A stretch of DNA of 63,947 nucleotides, counting the filler, from Psammoneis japonica (lineage: Eukaryota): assembly GCA_008632985.1 (NCBI GenBank). It is 6 parts of 6 records of this genome, joined end to end, with 100 filler letters (N's around TTAATTAATTAA, not from the genome) between each part and the next. Parts side by side here need not be neighbours in the genome. Positions count along the whole stretch, not along the records: positions 55,936 to 63,947 come from QPGO01000546.1; 5 more parts are not named here. The stretch is one strand, 5' to 3'. Below the pieces are notes generated by a model. The model made no database searches, was not told where the DNA came from, and was given only the letters and a program-made list of their open reading frames with translations. This document shows positions 62,106 to 63,947 of the stretch, piece by piece. The first letter of the stretch is position 1, and each line of letters starts with the position of its first letter. The position numbers and the translations under genes are program-made.

Positions 62106-63143
62106 CGCGGTACCCTGAGATGGTGATTTTCAATTTTCAAACGTGACTTACAGTACTGTACAGTGAATGCACTTACTTCTACGTAGGACATGCTGTTTTG
62201 ATCGCACAATGAGATCAAACACGACTCACTCAGATCGGCGCCACATGCATCCATGGGCTCAAGTTCACATAGGCTCAAGTTCAAGAAATAGGCTGGTATG
62301 AAGGGCCGCCACGTGAATCCCATTTTGCGAATATGGGTTGGCCTGCGCGTCTTTTTGCTGTCTTTTCTACGTTTATTTCAGTACTGAAATTACGTGCAAT
62401 CTGAGAATTTTATTTCTCCCTCCGACACGGAAGCGAGAGCATGTTTCTTTACCATGACGACTGTACCGGCAGCTGAGTCGTCTGAAGAAGAGGATGATTT
62501 CAAAGAATATGATGATATTGTGAATTGAAACTCTAGATGCAATGTCATGAATTGCAATGGCAGTTGAAAAAATTAACACCGCTGTGATTGCAGTTGCCAT
62601 CAAACAGATTGTTTCATTCTGCAGCGGCATCCACCTTGTCGCATGACTTCACGGTAGACCAGATTGTGCAACATGAGCAACAATAGATTCAACAAGGGAG
62701 TTATATAAAGCACACGCCATCAAGTCCATCCTGAATGATTCAATTTGAATGTCGGCTTGAGATTCGGGCGCATCGGGATCGGGTTCAAATTTTGATGAAC
62801 GGCAGTGCCTTTCATTGTTGTTGGCCTTTCTGCGAAATGTAACCAAGCCCTTGGATCCAGATCCCTTCTGGATTGCATCCAATGCATCACTTTTGGTCAT
62901 TCCGCCTGGAATGCCGCCATTCTGGAGCACACGGTGAATGTCTTCCACATTTGGCCATTTCCCATCAGAGCTCACTGAGACGTCTGCCATCAAAAGAATG
63001 AGAGCATTGTTGACTCTCGTTTTAATGGGACAACCGCTTTTTTTCTTTCCTGCAACAGCGCTCTTTTTTCTTGCTGGATGCCATGGCTAGACCACACCAA
63101 TGAAGATGATGGTTGATGATGTCAGTGTGAGAAAATTGGAAAC

Positions 63144-63945
63144 TCAAATGATGAGTGCTGAATCACGCAAAGATCTGCGCACCTTTTCATCGGTCGCAAG
63201 ATCGCGCAACGCTTGGCACGTGGTGTGGCCATGGCGTAAAAGAGACGGCATTTTCACAACAAAGGAAGGTGGGGCATCGGTCGCTGATGACATGTTCGAG
63301 CCTTTGACGCATCAAAAAGGGAACAATGCAATCGTCGGCGACCGATGCCCCACCTTCCATTGTGCTCAAAATCGTGACGGCATGACGGCGCCATTGTGCC
63401 GTGCTTTGTCGTGGTGAAAAAGGCATGAGAGGTCACAAAAATCAACAATCTGATGGACAGATGATGGACCAAATGTTCGCCAAAAAGGTCACAAATCTGC
63501 ACGCACAAAATTGTCTTAAATGATGCATGTTAAAGATTTTTCCGTTGAGGCGACATGNCCAGCCCATCATTTAAGACAATTTTGTGCGTGCAGATTTGTG
63601 ACCTTTTTGGCGAACATTTGGTCCGTCACATGTCCGTCAGATTGTTGATTTTTGTGACCTCTCATGCCTTTTTCACCGCGACAAAGCACGGCACAATGGC
63701 GCCGTCACGCCGTCACGATTTTGAGCACAATGGAAGGTGGGGCATCAGTCGCTGATGATTGCATTGTTCCCTTTTGATGCGTTAAAGGCTCGAACATGTC
63801 GTCAGCGACCAATGCCCCACCTTCCTTTGTTGTGAAAATGCCGTCTCTTTTGTGCCATGGCCGCACCACGCACCAAGCGTTGCGCGATCTTGCGACCGAT
63901 GAAAAGGTGCGCAGATCTTTGCGCAACTCAGCACTCATCATTTGA
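63144..63945. repeat. ~380-bp imperfect inverted repeat (arms 63144-63525 and 63565-63945) in TpA-poor sequence
   Basis: Arms are reverse complements and give near-identical ORFs on opposite strands; the spacer contains an N. Confidence 0.85.
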
Positions 63946-63947
63946 AT

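Overview
Eukaryotic nuclear DNA, most likely a diatom (inferred from GT-AG introns, an ISA-FAV bipartite plastid-targeting peptide, and diatom-type Copia, Gypsy and LINE elements). It is a draft assembly: contigs are joined by artificial N44-TTAATTAATTAA-N44 linkers, and host genes carry many single-base indels. Gene-rich parts (1-11.4 kb, 44.9-54.8 kb, 59-61.5 kb) encode tandem sulfatases, a lycopene cyclase, a gamma-glutamyltranspeptidase, a DUF2779-like nuclease, a secreted Lys/Pro/Thr-rich protein, a BT1-like transporter, a sulfotransferase and an orphan membrane protein. The 11.5-44.8 kb block is a nest of transposons (Copia, Gypsy, full-length LINE, a LINE-dependent non-autonomous element, a MITE family), several with readable target-site duplications. 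The main signal: the repeats, and an intron-containing ornithine decarboxylase pseudogene, have lost almost all TpA through TpA->TpG/CpA changes, so conserved Tyr codons read Cys or His. This affects both strands, appears to post-date integration, scales with element age, and spares neighbouring active genes. It looks like a repeat- or heterochromatin-targeted A:T->G:C hypermutation, opposite in direction to fungal RIP.
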